From Selaginella moellendorffii (lineage: Eukaryota > Plantae > Lycopodiophyta), in assembly GCF_000143415.4 (NCBI RefSeq), contig NW_003314320.1, positions 246,586-310,585 on the forward strand: 64,000 nt of DNA. The letters are read 5' to 3'. Below are positions 36,658-49,678 of the stretch, in pieces. A program made the translations under genes and the position numbers. The number at the start of each line of letters is the position of its first letter. Position 1 is the stretch's first letter. The notes under the pieces are model-generated. The model was not told the DNA's origin. It searched no databases and saw only the letters and a list, made by a program, of their open reading frames with translations.

Positions 36658-37694
36658 TCATACAGAGTAGCGATTTCTCGCCTTCGAATCACCACGCTTT
36701 GCATCCTCCTGGAAAAAGTAGGACCAAAAGTTAAAGCGATTTGGCAGAATGAGAATAAAGAGATTCTTACGTGAAACATGAAGTTGATCCTGTCCTGGTA
36801 CTCGAGAAATTCCTTCCATTGCCTTCCAATGCTCATCTGGAATCGCCCAAAACAAGGAAACTTTTCAGAGCTCGAGCAAGGACAAGGCAAAAACTAATAG
36901 AAAACAAATCTTATGAAAGAACCATTCAAAGCTTGCTAAAGGAAAAAAGCAAAGCTAGAACAAGAAGAAACATGCTAGAGAACTCAACCAAAACGAAGAG
37001 AAGGAAGGAAAGAGAAGATCTCTTTACCTGAGCGGCTTCGTTGTTAGCCGTCTTGGTCCATAAGGAGAGCTTATCTCCTCTCGGCCTCACGCTCACCACC
37101 ACGCCACAGATCTCATCAGCCTCATCGAATTGCTCACCGATCAAAGCGAGCAGCTGGAAGAACAAGAATGTAAGCAGAAAAGCCACGATGAAAAACGAGA
37201 GAAATCTCTCTTATACCCACAGTGTTTAGCCAGAACTGATCCAGCGCTTGCTTGCTACCTCGCGGTGGAGCAGCAGTCCATTTCCCCCCATTCGCACACC
37301 TCGGATCTTCCCACTCGGGCTTGATTCCCTCCTTGAAGCAGTGAAAGTCCGCCCCACTGATCAATCGACCCGGCTGCACGAGATTATTGTAGAGACTGCA
37401 AAGAAATAGAGGCGCATTTGTATCTTAGATCCCAGAATCGAAAGCAAGGGGCATGGATCGAGGGGCTTACCACCAGAAATCCTCGACAGTGCTCACGGTG
37501 TAGACCGGCCGCAATGAGCTTCCCCACTGCTGCTGCTTGTTCTTACCGCTAGGGTTATCGAACCAAAACGTCCACGAGTGCTCCAGCGGATGCTTCTCCT
37601 TGACGATGGATTTGGGGGACGCCACGATTTCCCCCTCCTCACGCTCGCTCGCATCCACCGGCATCGCCATCGGCGCCTTCTCGACCTCCACCAT
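36658..37694 (-). CDS. eIF4E: Cap-binding translation initiation factor eIF4E family (eIF4E/eIF(iso)4E), 5 exons
   Basis: [93 protein letters not shown]. Confidence 0.96.
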
Positions 37695-37783
37695 TGGGAA
37701 AGGAAATAACCTCGCCTCCCGAGAACCCTAATGTACCCCGCGAATATTCTTAGGGCTTTAACGCTTGTTCTTTTTCTCCGTCT

Positions 37784-40764
37784 ATGGCGTGCCTGGCACT
37801 GGCGCTCCAGCCCGTCAAAGGACCCGATGTTCTCCTCCAGACGTAAGTGATCTTCCATCGGATAGATTAGATCCGGCGCGCGATCGATGGGTGGGATTGA
37901 TAATCTCTTGGTATTGCAGCCGCGAATGGTTCCCTCCTGCCAGAGCCGCGGATGTTTCATCAAGTTTTCGCAGCACTCGAATCGCCTTCGCGGCGGGCAA
38001 ACAAATCTCTGTGGATGTTGTTGGGACCGGGTGAGTTCTAGATCTAGACTAGAGATGCTACATTTTCTTATACTCTTCGTTTTCTTTCTCTTGTCAGGCT
38101 AGGGGACGATGCTCTAGCTGCTGCAAGCGGTCAAGTTGTTGTTGGAAAGGAAAACAAGTGAGTTCTTCACTTTGAATTGGTTGTGGTTCGACTTTCGTGA
38201 TCTTTCCTTGAATGTTTTTGTGATCTCTCGACTTATTTCCTTGACGTTTTTTGTGATCTCTCGATTTATTTTCTCGAATGCTTTCTGGACTTTTAGATGA
38301 TGCATTGCCTATTCCTTGTTTTCTTTTGATGTCAATTTATGACTTTTTCTTTCTGTGTGTTTTGTATAGATACGTGTTTAAGTTCTTCACTTTCTGGACT
38401 TTTAGATGACGCATTGCCTATTCCTTGTTTTCTGTTGATCTCAACTTAGATGTTTCCATGATCTTGATCTTCTTCTCTGTCTGTGTTTTTTGGTTAGATA
38501 CCGTGTTGTTTATCGCTTGGTAAACACAGTCTACGTGCTTGGTATCACAAGCGCTCACCAGGATGACTCTGCAAATAATATCTTCGAATGTGCAAATGTT
38601 GTAAACCAGACTGTGAGGTAAGTCCTTTTCGTGCTGCTACCTCCATCTGATCTTTTGAGACCAGGAGCATACTAGTGTTTTGGTTGCAGCTTGCAAAGGT
38701 ATCGATGTTAACACCGAAAGAGTCATCAGAAAGTACACCGAGGTAAGCGTCTTTCCATTCGTTTTAATTTAGTTTTCTTAAGGTCACTTTCATGGAATAG
38801 ATTTATATGACCCTTGATGCGGTTCTCCATGGAGTCAGTGCCGCGCGACTTTCGTTCATTTTGTCTTCCATTCACGGCGACAACGTTGGACAAATCTTTT
38901 TTTCTGCTGCCGAAGCTGAGAACCGTGCTCGAGGCGCTGATAGCTGGAATCAAATAAAGCACCACCCGTCAGAACGTCTAGCAAATGTGGAGGTACGATT
39001 CTTCCTTGTGTTTTTCAAAATGGCCAACGTTTGAATCCCAGGTTTTGTCCAATGCAACTTTTGAGATACCAGAAGAGACCATCGCTGCCGGTGACGAGTT
39101 CAAAGCTACGCTAGCTCCTCCGGCACCAGCTGCCACACCTGCACTGCCGCCGCCGCCAGAGGAGAAGCCAGCCGAGAACGAGGATCCTTTTGCTGCAAGC
39201 GACGCTCTCACCAAGCCAGAATCTCTCGCTGGCGGTTTCAAAAAGGCAAAGGACACCAAAGACATAACCGCGGGGCTTTCGGAGCTCAGCGTTCCCACCG
39301 TAGCACCTGGTGCAGCGGAGTCGACATTTGTAGGAGTGGAAGGCTTCGAAGGCGATTATGGAGGCCTCGACTTTAATGACGACTACGGTGGCGGATTTGG
39401 AGACGCATTTGAAGGCCTGACGGATGCTTTTGGTGGAGGATTGGACGCCTCTGATTATGCGACAGCGGAAGACAAAGCTGCGGCTTCAGGCCTAGCCGGG
39501 CTAGAGGAATTAGAAGGTGGTGGCGGAAGAAAAGCTGGCACGAAACCAGCCACCGAAAAATCTGAGGCCAAGGGTGATCTCGCCAGCGAGCTTGTCGTCA
39601 CTGGTGCTCACGAAGGTAAGCCCAGAAATACGTTTTTTATACACACTTTCTCAAAGTATGTTATTTAACTTCCTTTGCAGGTACACAGAGAAAGGATGAC
39701 AAGCCAGCCGAGACAAGAACCCCGCTCCTTTGGTTCACGGAAGAAATTTATGCCGAGTTTAAAGGCCTGGTGCTGAGCAGAACCGGCCTACAGGGAGTTT
39801 TGCATTTAAAAACACCAGATCCGGCTGCCGCTGGCGAGACTGACACGGAGTTTTCCTTCTCTCTGGAAGGAGCTGCCGGAATCAAGGTATGATCCAGCCA
39901 GCGCTTCAATGATTTTCAGTTCTAACTCCCTATTGTTTGCTTGACCTCCAGAACGGTGTTTTAAAGTCGTCAATCACTAGCAGCCTAGGACAAGGATACT
40001 TTCATGTTCGAACTCCACCAGCGGAGAGTCCTTTGGCCGTTTTAAAATATCGTTTGCATCCCCGCTTTACACCGCTGCCTCTACGGATGAGGTATGTCTG
40101 CTTTCCGTGCTCCAGTGTCTTTAACACTTGGTTCTTTTCCTTCTTTCTTTCGCTAGGCTTGTGGCTAAGAAGGTCGGGTTCCTACTTTCCGTGATGATAC
40201 AGGTACGTGTGATATTTGGTGATTTGATTCGATCTCTCACTGTTTCTCTTTGATTTTTTTTGGCCAGTATGTTGTCAACCCGTACTTGCCAAGAGAACTG
40301 AAGGACGTGACGTTTGTTCTCTGCCTACCATGTTCGCCAGAGTCTCTTAAAGTTTCTCCCAGGTAAGATCATTGTTTCTTTTAACGTTTCTTCACTAACT
40401 CTTTAATCTTCTAGAGCGGCTCTGGATCGCAGTACGAAAGAATTAAGATGGCAGGTTGGAGAGATTGGAGTAAGTTTTTCTCGGTATACGTTTTGGACTC
40501 TAAACACATTCTGGTCTTTTCTTCCAGCTGCGAACTCCGCCTGGACGATTGCGAGCGCAATTTCCACTAGCAGCATCTGATCAGTCATTAGAAGACGAAG
40601 AATCACTTAAGAAGCTGAGCATGAAAGTGAGAGTTGATTTCTCTTGCAAAGGCCAGACGCTGTCGGGGATTTCTATCCGGCCCGCCACTGCCGAAGCGAA
40701 CAAGGAGGAATTCTACATTGGAGAGCACTCGTTCAAAACGGCCAATTACTCGTGCTTGTTGTAA
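37784..40764 (+). CDS. TML: TPLATE complex muniscin-like subunit (mu-homology domain)
   Basis: MACLALALQPVKGPDVLLQT|REWFPPARA N-terminus; YRLVNTVYVLGIT; DPFAASD; FEGDYGG and AFGGGLDASD repeats; C-terminal MHD (LKYRLHPRFTPLPLR, YVVNP, FSCKGQTLSGISIRPA). Confidence 0.9.
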
Positions 40765-40806
40765 AGATAAAAAAGAGAGCTTTTTTGTAAAAACATTGTC
40801 ATCAAA

Positions 40807-41855
40807 CTACCAAGAACCTTCTGCGTTTTTCGTGGGATTCTGGAAGGCTTCGAGTTCCCAGTTTGTTTCGATAGCGAACGGAGACGAGATTGTCACACCT
40901 TCCTCTGTCACCTTCGCAATCTGGCAAAACAAAAATCATCCGTGAGACAAAAGAAAGATGACAAAGTTTCTTACCTGGTATTTGTTAATCGACGACCGAT
41001 CGCGATAGTAGAGAACAAGGAGGCATTTCTCCAAGAGACGAACACCCTCTTCCAAAGTCATGTCGGCCCGCCACTGCTTTCGCAGCTCTGGACGCGCAAG
41101 GTGTTGGCCGAATCCAGTCGCGACGTGATCATCCTCGAAGTGAACGCCTATCATGCTAACCTGTGAACCTCGATTGAGTTTTCTCTAGCTCATGTAGTGT
41201 AAAATCATCGAGAAACTTACCACTCCAAGGTACTTCTTCCCATTCTTCACACCACCGAGAATGATGTTGTTCCACAAGGGATCAAACTTGTTCCGGCGCT
41301 GGTACATGATCCGGTTCAAGTAGCTGTGAATTTCGTGAGGCCCGAGAGTGTTCGAGTCGTCCCACATCTGATCGCGCAAGCTGCGAGAAACCATCATCAG
41401 AAAAAGGAAGAAGAAGAAGTGAAAATGCTCACGTTAATTCATCCAGCATGGTAGAAATCTGCTGGAAGTCACTCATCTCCCCGCTAGCTCCAATCACAGC
41501 GTGCTTGCCGACGGGCTTTAGCCTCTGGAAGCTTTTGTACCTCTTTGTAGATCCGTAGGAAGCTTAAGCAAATGGAATCTCCTCAAAAACATTTCTTCGC
41601 AAGAGATTTCACACACATACCGGCCATGTCCGCTGCGAGGAGGATCCCATCCTTGTACTTAATCCCCAACACGGATGATCCAGTGACATAGGGATACCTG
41701 ATCGAAGAAAATGGAGTGAAAATTCACGAAACCAGCGCCCCCGGAGCTTACTGTGTGCGCTCGATGTGGATCTTGCCGTCGCTAGCTGCCGCAGCCCCGG
41801 AATGGCGAGCGCCCAGCGATTCCTCGCGCTTGAATGCCTCGATCGTGTGCTCCAT
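40807..41855 (-). CDS. PBG1: 20S proteasome subunit beta type-7 (PSMB4/PRE4 orthologue)
   Basis: RTQ|YPYVTGSSVLGIKYKDG, IGASGEMSDFQ, YQRRNKFDPLWN, VATGFGQHLARP, CLLVLYYRDRSSINKYQ, NPTKNAEGSW*. Confidence 0.95.
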
Positions 41856-42451
41856 TTGCGCAAACCCTAAATAAATCGCCCAAGAACCCTAAATTACTGT
41901 GAAGGACGAATGACGGGCTAAGTACCCGTCACGCACGTCGAACTCTGACTATACTGCCTTCTCGCGTTCGTGCCTTTAGTTTGATTTATTTTTTCTCGAC
42001 AAGACAGGGCCGAGAGGCAGCTTTACCCTAATAGAGCGAGAAAGAGAGCGGTGCTCTTCCATTGGCGATCGATCGATTCGCCAGGAGATTCCAGGTTTCC
42101 AGCTCCTTTTTCTCCCGATTCAATGTGTCAGGGCCGGAAATTTTGAGCGCGGCGCCAAGAACCGGTGCCATTCCCGCCGGATCGAGGCATGGTTCCGCGG
42201 ATCGCAGCTCTGGGACGCGAGAATGCAGGTGTGGAGGCTGGAATTTGGATCGCGCATGGTTCTTTTCTTGTCGAGAACCCTAGGCGGCGTCCGGCAAGAC
42301 GAAGTCCTCGCATGAGATACGCGCGAGCAGCTCATGGATTGCAGGGAATGCGGCGTTGCAAGGATTCTTGTAGCAGCGGCAGCGATTTCTAGAGAGGTGT
42401 GGGTTTCTTTCTTCTTTTTCGGGCTCATGAGAATGCCGAATTCGCAGGAAC

Positions 42452-45227
42452 ATGGTCGACAGGAGGACGGATTGCTATGGAAGTCCTCCAAGGAATGGCG
42501 TGGGGAAGACCTTCCCATCGGGAGCGCTATACACGGTTGATTCTTTCAAGGGACGATCTGCCGCTCACTCGGCCGCAAACGCGGAGGGCTTGAGGAGCAG
42601 GGGTGGTGCGCTCATCGATGCTTCCGTGTGGACGGCGACGAGCATGTCTAGCGCTGTCAGCTCGTCGAGCCAGGGATCTGGGCAGGAGGAGGGGGATGTT
42701 TTCGGAGAGCTGTGGATGTGGGGGGAAGGAATTGGGGATGGTGGTGTCACGAAGAAGCTCGACACTTCGTTTAGAACAGATGCGTTTCTTCCGCGAGCGG
42801 TGAGATCACTGGTGGTGCTCGACGTCCAGCAGATCGCTTGCGGTGTTCGTCATACCGCATTGGTGACCAGGCAAGGAGAAGTTTTCTCGTGGGGTGAAGA
42901 GAGTGGTGGGAGGCTGGGACATGGTGTGGATGCCGACGTAGCTCACCCCCAGCTGATCGACTCACTCGCTAGCTCCACCGTCCAGTACGTTGCTTGCGGC
43001 GAGTACCACTCTTGTGCGGTGACACAGTCCGGGGATCTCTACACTTGGGGCGATGGAACTCATAACTTTGGACTTCTAGGACACGGTAACAGCATCAGCC
43101 ACTGGACTCCGAAGCGAGTGGGTGGTCCCTTGGAAGGAGTACGTGTGTCGTCGGTTGCCTGTGGACCTTGGCATACAGTCCTAGTGACTTCCACCGGTCA
43201 GCTTTTCAGCTTTGGCGATGGAACGTTTGGGGTGCTCGGGCATGGTGACAGGAAGAGTGCGTCGATGCCCAGAGAAGTGGAGTCGCTCAAGGGGCTCAAG
43301 ACTCTCAGAGCTGCCTGTGGCCCTTGGCATACTGCGGCGGTGGTGGAGGTGATGAGTAGATACTCCAACGCCGGTAGCTCGTTGTCCGGGAAGCTTTTTA
43401 CGTGGGGGGATGGAGACAAGAACAGGCTCGGGCATGGTGATAAGGAGCAAAAGTTAGTTCCGACGTGCGTCGCTGCTCTCGTTGATCACAACTTTCGTCA
43501 AGTGGCGTGTGGCCACAGCCTTACGGTGGCTCTAACGACAACAGGACACCTTTACACCATGGGAAGTGTGTCCTACGGTCAGCTGGGAGATCCTCAGGCT
43601 ACGGGAAGGCTTCCTGGCGTTCTGAGGTTGGGCAGAACACTGATTGAGGAGGTTTCTTGCGGAGCCTACCACGTTGCTGCGCTGACATCAAAAGGTGACG
43701 TTTGTACGTGGGGAAAAGGAGCAAATGGCAGGCTTGGACATGGTGATGCGGAGGACCGGGATGTGCCGACGCTGGTGGAAGCTCTCAGGGACAAGCAGGT
43801 GAAGAAAGTTTCGTGTGGATCGAGCTTTACGTCGGCAATCTGTCTCCACAAGTCTGGGCCAGGGGTAGGGACAGGGAATTCCATGTGTTCCGGATGCAGG
43901 CAGCCTTTCGGCTTCACGAGGAAGAAGCACAATTGCTACAACTGTGGACTGCCTTACTGTCACTCATGCAGCTCGAAGAAGGCACTATACGCGTCGCAGG
44001 CCCCGAATCCACGGAAGCTACATCGAGTGTGCGACACTTGCTTCTTGAAAATGAGCAGGAGCAGTGTGTCCGTGACTGCCCCGAAGGAAAACAGCGAGAC
44101 AAGGTTCCTGAAAGTGCAGACCAAGGGGGACCTGTTCAAGCAGACGGATGTCAAGACGACCAAGAGAAGTAAACGACCGGATTCCACTAGTCGGGTGTCA
44201 CCGATGCCGAATGGTCTTCTGCAGTGGGGTGGTGTGAATGCCCCGGCTGCCTTCAACGCCTTCTTGGACGCAGCGAAGTCAATTCCACAGTCGAGAGTCG
44301 GCTCCAGAGCTGTTTCACCTCTATCGAGAAGGCCCAGTCCACCAAGGTCCGCGACTCCGATACCAACGGTGGGCGGCTTGACTTCTCCAAAGCACGAGGT
44401 GGAGGGGGTGAAGCTAAAAAACGAGAGCCTCATTCTGGAGATATCGAGACTTAAAGCTCAGGTGAAGAAGAAAAGCTTTTGGTTGGTTTTGTGTAGACAT
44501 TAACTCATCGTGTCTTTCCAGGTGGAGAAACTGACAAGACGTTGCGAGTCGCACGAGAAGGAGCTACTCCACAGCTCCAAGCAGATTCAAGATGCCTTTG
44601 CGGTCGCCGGTGCCGAGTCCGCGAAGTGTAAGGCTGCGAAGGAGGTGATCATGTCACTGACAGCACAAGTAAGCAAAACCAAGGTCCTCGCAGCTATTGT
44701 TTTTAATTCTCCTTTACTGTCTTTGGTCCCAGCTCAAAGACCTGGCGGAGAGGATGCCCCCGGGAAGCTATCGAACGAGGCCAGAGCCTCCAAGCGCACC
44801 ACTGCCGGAAGATGGTACTAGAAGCCATGGGAACGTTGTCTGCGACGTCCCTGCGAGGCTGTCCGATGTTGATACTTCCAGACTTCACGACCAGGCGGAT
44901 GGCCGAGCTTCCAACTCGGCTACCAGTGAAAGTGGTGTGGAGGAATGGGTGGAACAAGACCAACCCGGAGTGTACATAACTCTTACGGCGTTACCCGGCG
45001 GTGGCAAAGACTTGAAGCGTGTTAGATTCAGGTAAGCTTTTCTCTTTTGGTTTTTGATCGAATTTTCTTCGCTCGATCTTTCGTTTTGCAGCCGCAAGAG
45101 ATTCAGTGAGAAGCAAGCAGAGATCTGGTGGCAAGAGAATCGACACCGAGTTTACGAGCAGTATAACGTCCGAGGCAAAGTTCCTGGCTCCTCGCGGCCC
45201 AACAATGCCAGCACCATAAAAGATTGA
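42452..45227 (+). CDS. RCC1-repeat, FYVE and BRX domain protein (PRAF/RLD family)
   Basis: Multiple RCC1 repeats ([29 protein letters not shown] etc.), a FYVE domain ([32 protein letters not shown]...RVCDTC), a coiled coil, and a BRX domain ([46 protein letters not shown]). The start codon is uncertain. Confidence 0.93.
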
Positions 45228-45441
45228 CAATCTCCTGGAGATAATTTTGCTGCAAACCTTTTGGAATGGCACACAGCAATGGGCCATCTTTTTCTTGGCA
45301 GCACCACTCGAGAAAGTTTTGTAGATAAAGAACAAAAAGATTTGTTAATATGATCCATTGTTCTAACCAATTGTGCTCCAAAATGTTTGTAAGGTGATAG
45401 ATTGGAATGTGGTTATCTTCTAGAATAGAAGCCCTACAGGG

Positions 45442-47706
45442 ATGGGGAGCGCCATTCTAGCCGGAGCTCCAAGTCACAGCATTTCTCTCGTCAAGGTAGG
45501 CGCTAGGCCGAGTAGAAGCAATCAGAGGTTTCGCGAGGCCGGGGGTGGAGATTTTAGCTCTTCCCATCGCCACGCTTGCGCTCGACCTAGAGCTTCTTCT
45601 TTCACTCCAAGCCTCGTCTCTCAAGCACCAAATGCGAGAGTAAACAAAGAGGAGAGTGTAGAGATTCTTCTTTTCAACACAATGAGCAGGGAGAAGGAAG
45701 TGTTTCGGCCGAGAATTCCTGGGAAGCTTAGCATGTATGTGTGTGGAGTCACTGCTTACGACTATAGCCACATTGGTCACGCCAGGGTCTACGTTTTCTT
45801 CGATGTTCTTTACAGGTACTTTGGTCGTCTTTTTGTGATTTTCCTCACGGCTGCACTTTTTTTTTTTTCGTATTTTTGGTGCCAGATACTTTCCATTCAT
45901 GGGATACGAGGTAACGTACGTGCGGAACTTCACAGATATCGATGACAAGGTTTGTAAGTTTTCTTTTTCCTACATTTCTTCAACAGATAGTTTTTTTTTT
46001 TGTTCTGTTTTTGAAGATTATAAAACGAGCCAACGATCTTGGAGATGATCCCATCGAGTTAAGCAATCGCTTTTGCGACGAGTTCCACCGGGACATGGCT
46101 TCGCTACGATGTCTAGCACCGTCACTGGAGCCTCGAGTCTCCAGAAACATCGACCAGATCATTAAAATGATCTCGCAGGTTAAGGATGAAAATCTTTCCG
46201 AGCTATCTTTGACACGCGAATTCGTGTGTTTGTAGATCCTGGAGAATGGATATGGATACGTTCTTGACAATGGCGACGTCTATTTCTCTCTAGACAAGTT
46301 CGTGCCAGCGTTCCCGGATTCCTATGGTCGCTTGTCTGGCAGAAAACTCGATGATAATCGTGCTGGCGAGCGGGTTGCTGTCGACGACAGAAAGCTGAAT
46401 CCAGGAGACTTCGTGCTCTGGAAGGCAAGTTTCTAAAAAACTCGAGTATTTTTTTTCTCTTTTCTCTTTTTTTTCTCACAATGCCTTCTCTTTTAGAGCT
46501 CTAAAGATGGCGAGCCTTCTTGGGAGAGTCCATGGGGAGCTGGGAGGCCGGGGTGGCATATCGAGTGTAGTGCCATGAGCGGTGCTACACTGGGAAGCTC
46601 TTTCGACATTCATGGCGGAGGAATGGATCTAATATTTCCACACCACGAGAATGAGATTGTCCAGAGCCGGGCAGCGTGTCACGAGAGCAATGTCACGTAC
46701 TGGATGCACAATGGCTTTGTCACAGTGGACTCGGAGAAGATGTCAAAGTCTCTTGGTAATTTCTTCACGATCCGCGAGGTAAAAAAGTGTTTTTTGTTTT
46801 CTCTTCTTCTTTGTTTTGATCGTGGAATGCAGATTTGATTAACTCGGCCTGGCTTTGCAAGGTTTTCGAGCTCTACCATCCTCTGGCTCTAAGATGGTTT
46901 CTACTTTGCACACACTATCGATCTCCGATCAATTATTCGGAATCCCAGCTACAGAACGCTTCGCAACGTCTCTTCTATTTATACCAGGTGCTTGTTATTT
47001 CATGGTTCTTTACAGTACCAATGACTCACTTTGCCTTTCATTCTTCTTCGCTTATTTTGCAGACTTTGTTTGATGCAAAGAGATGCGTCGAGGGTTCGCA
47101 AAAGGAAGAGAAAAGCTACGTGGTTTCACAGAAAGCTGCCGAGATCGCGAAGGCTTTGAGACTGTCCCTGAGATCGTCTCTAGCAGACGACTTAAACACG
47201 CCTGTGACAATAGGAGCGCTCTCGGAGCCATTGAAGCTGATGAACGAGCTTCTACATTCTAAAAAAGTAAGCCAATCTCTATATCTAACTTTTTGGTTTT
47301 CTTACTTGTTATGTTTCTCAGGGTCGCAAAGATAAGAGTCGTTACTCGTCTCTAGATCTTCTTCGTCTGGAAGTGGAACAAGCGCTGGAAGTTTTGGGAT
47401 TTTCCGTGGCGGACTACTCACAGGCATTGTTCCTTCCTACTTGGTCTGCTAGATCTTAGAATAACGCAACTCTTTTTGTCTCAGGTTCTAGAAGAGCTTC
47501 GAAGCAAGGCCTTGAAACGAGCTGGATTGACAGAGGACGAGCTTCTACTCCAAATTCACGAGCGAGCAGCCGCCAGAGCCTCCAAGGATTTTGGAAAATC
47601 AGACGAAATCAGAGACAAGCTCTCGTCGCTGGGGATCTCTCTCATGGACGGAGGCGGGGATGAAACGCTCTGGCGTCCCAGTGTGACAAGCGAAGAATGT
47701 TTCTAG
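45442..47706 (+). CDS. Cysteinyl-tRNA synthetase, organellar type (N-terminal transit peptide)
   Basis: [18 protein letters not shown] (HIGH), [67 protein letters not shown]. Confidence 0.96.
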
Positions 47707-47796
47707 ATGAAGTATCTGGCCGGAATTTAAACTCCCCGTTGTGGCTAATTAAAGTATTTGTAGAATATTCTTTTAGGGCTTAAGAGAAAAGAGAGA

Positions 47797-48347
47797 ATGC
47801 AAGCGCTGCTCGTCCGCGTTGCGAGGACGACGACGGGGCAGCTATGGGGGAATGCGTCTCGCCGATCGAAATTTACCTTGAATCACAGCGAATCTGGCGG
47901 CGTGGATGCGTTCTTTGAAGCGGGGCGAGGCCCCGATCCAAAGAAGGGGGACTACTGTGGTGGGTTTAGCCAGGGTTTTTCGAACTTCTGCTGATTCTTT
48001 GCTGCCAAATCTCCAGGAAGGAGCTGGCGCACCGAGGAGTTGCGGATTAAATCGTGGGACGATCTCCACAAGCTGTGGTATGTTCTCTACATCGAGAAGA
48101 ACATGCTCTTGTCCCAAGTTCTCATGCTCAAGTCGCAAAACATTAAAATCGCTGCCAGGGACCGGATTGACAAGGTAGAATGTGGCGCTCTCCCTGGTTT
48201 TCCTTTCAGGACCGATAGTTTTCCTCTCGATTTTTCCAGGTGAAGCTGTCAATGCATAGACTCAAGCACGTCCTCTCCGAGAGAGCTCTCGCGGAAAAGG
48301 ATCGAAGAAAGAGGAACGTTCTCAAGAAGCTTGTCAATGGCCGATGA
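47797..48347 (+). CDS. Mitochondrial ribosomal protein uL29m (MRPL47)
   Basis: GRSWRTEELRIKSWDDLHKLWYVLYIEKNML...DKVKLSMHRLKHVLSER; two introns. Confidence 0.92.
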
Positions 48348-48504
48348 TCAAACCAGTGTTTTCGTCATTCTCCAACAAGAGCTTTTTTTATGGAATTTTT
48401 CTCTCGAGCTCGATCTGGGAAAGCTTGGAAAAAACGCACCAGTGGTGTGCGAGGTACTTGAACACTTCGTTGCTTTTTATTCCCGTTCTTCCCGTTCTTT
48501 GTGC

Positions 48505-49518
<1,014 letters not shown>

Positions 49519-49678
49519 TCTGGAACCCTTAAAACACTTCTTTCTTCCCTCTACTTAAAATTTTTCTCTCTCCGCGCTAACGGAATGTCCTAACGCTGAC
49601 GGCATATTCCCGGCACTAGGGTTTAAGCCGACGATTTAGGTCGCTGTGGTCTAGGGTTTTGCGTGAGAGTCGGCCGCT

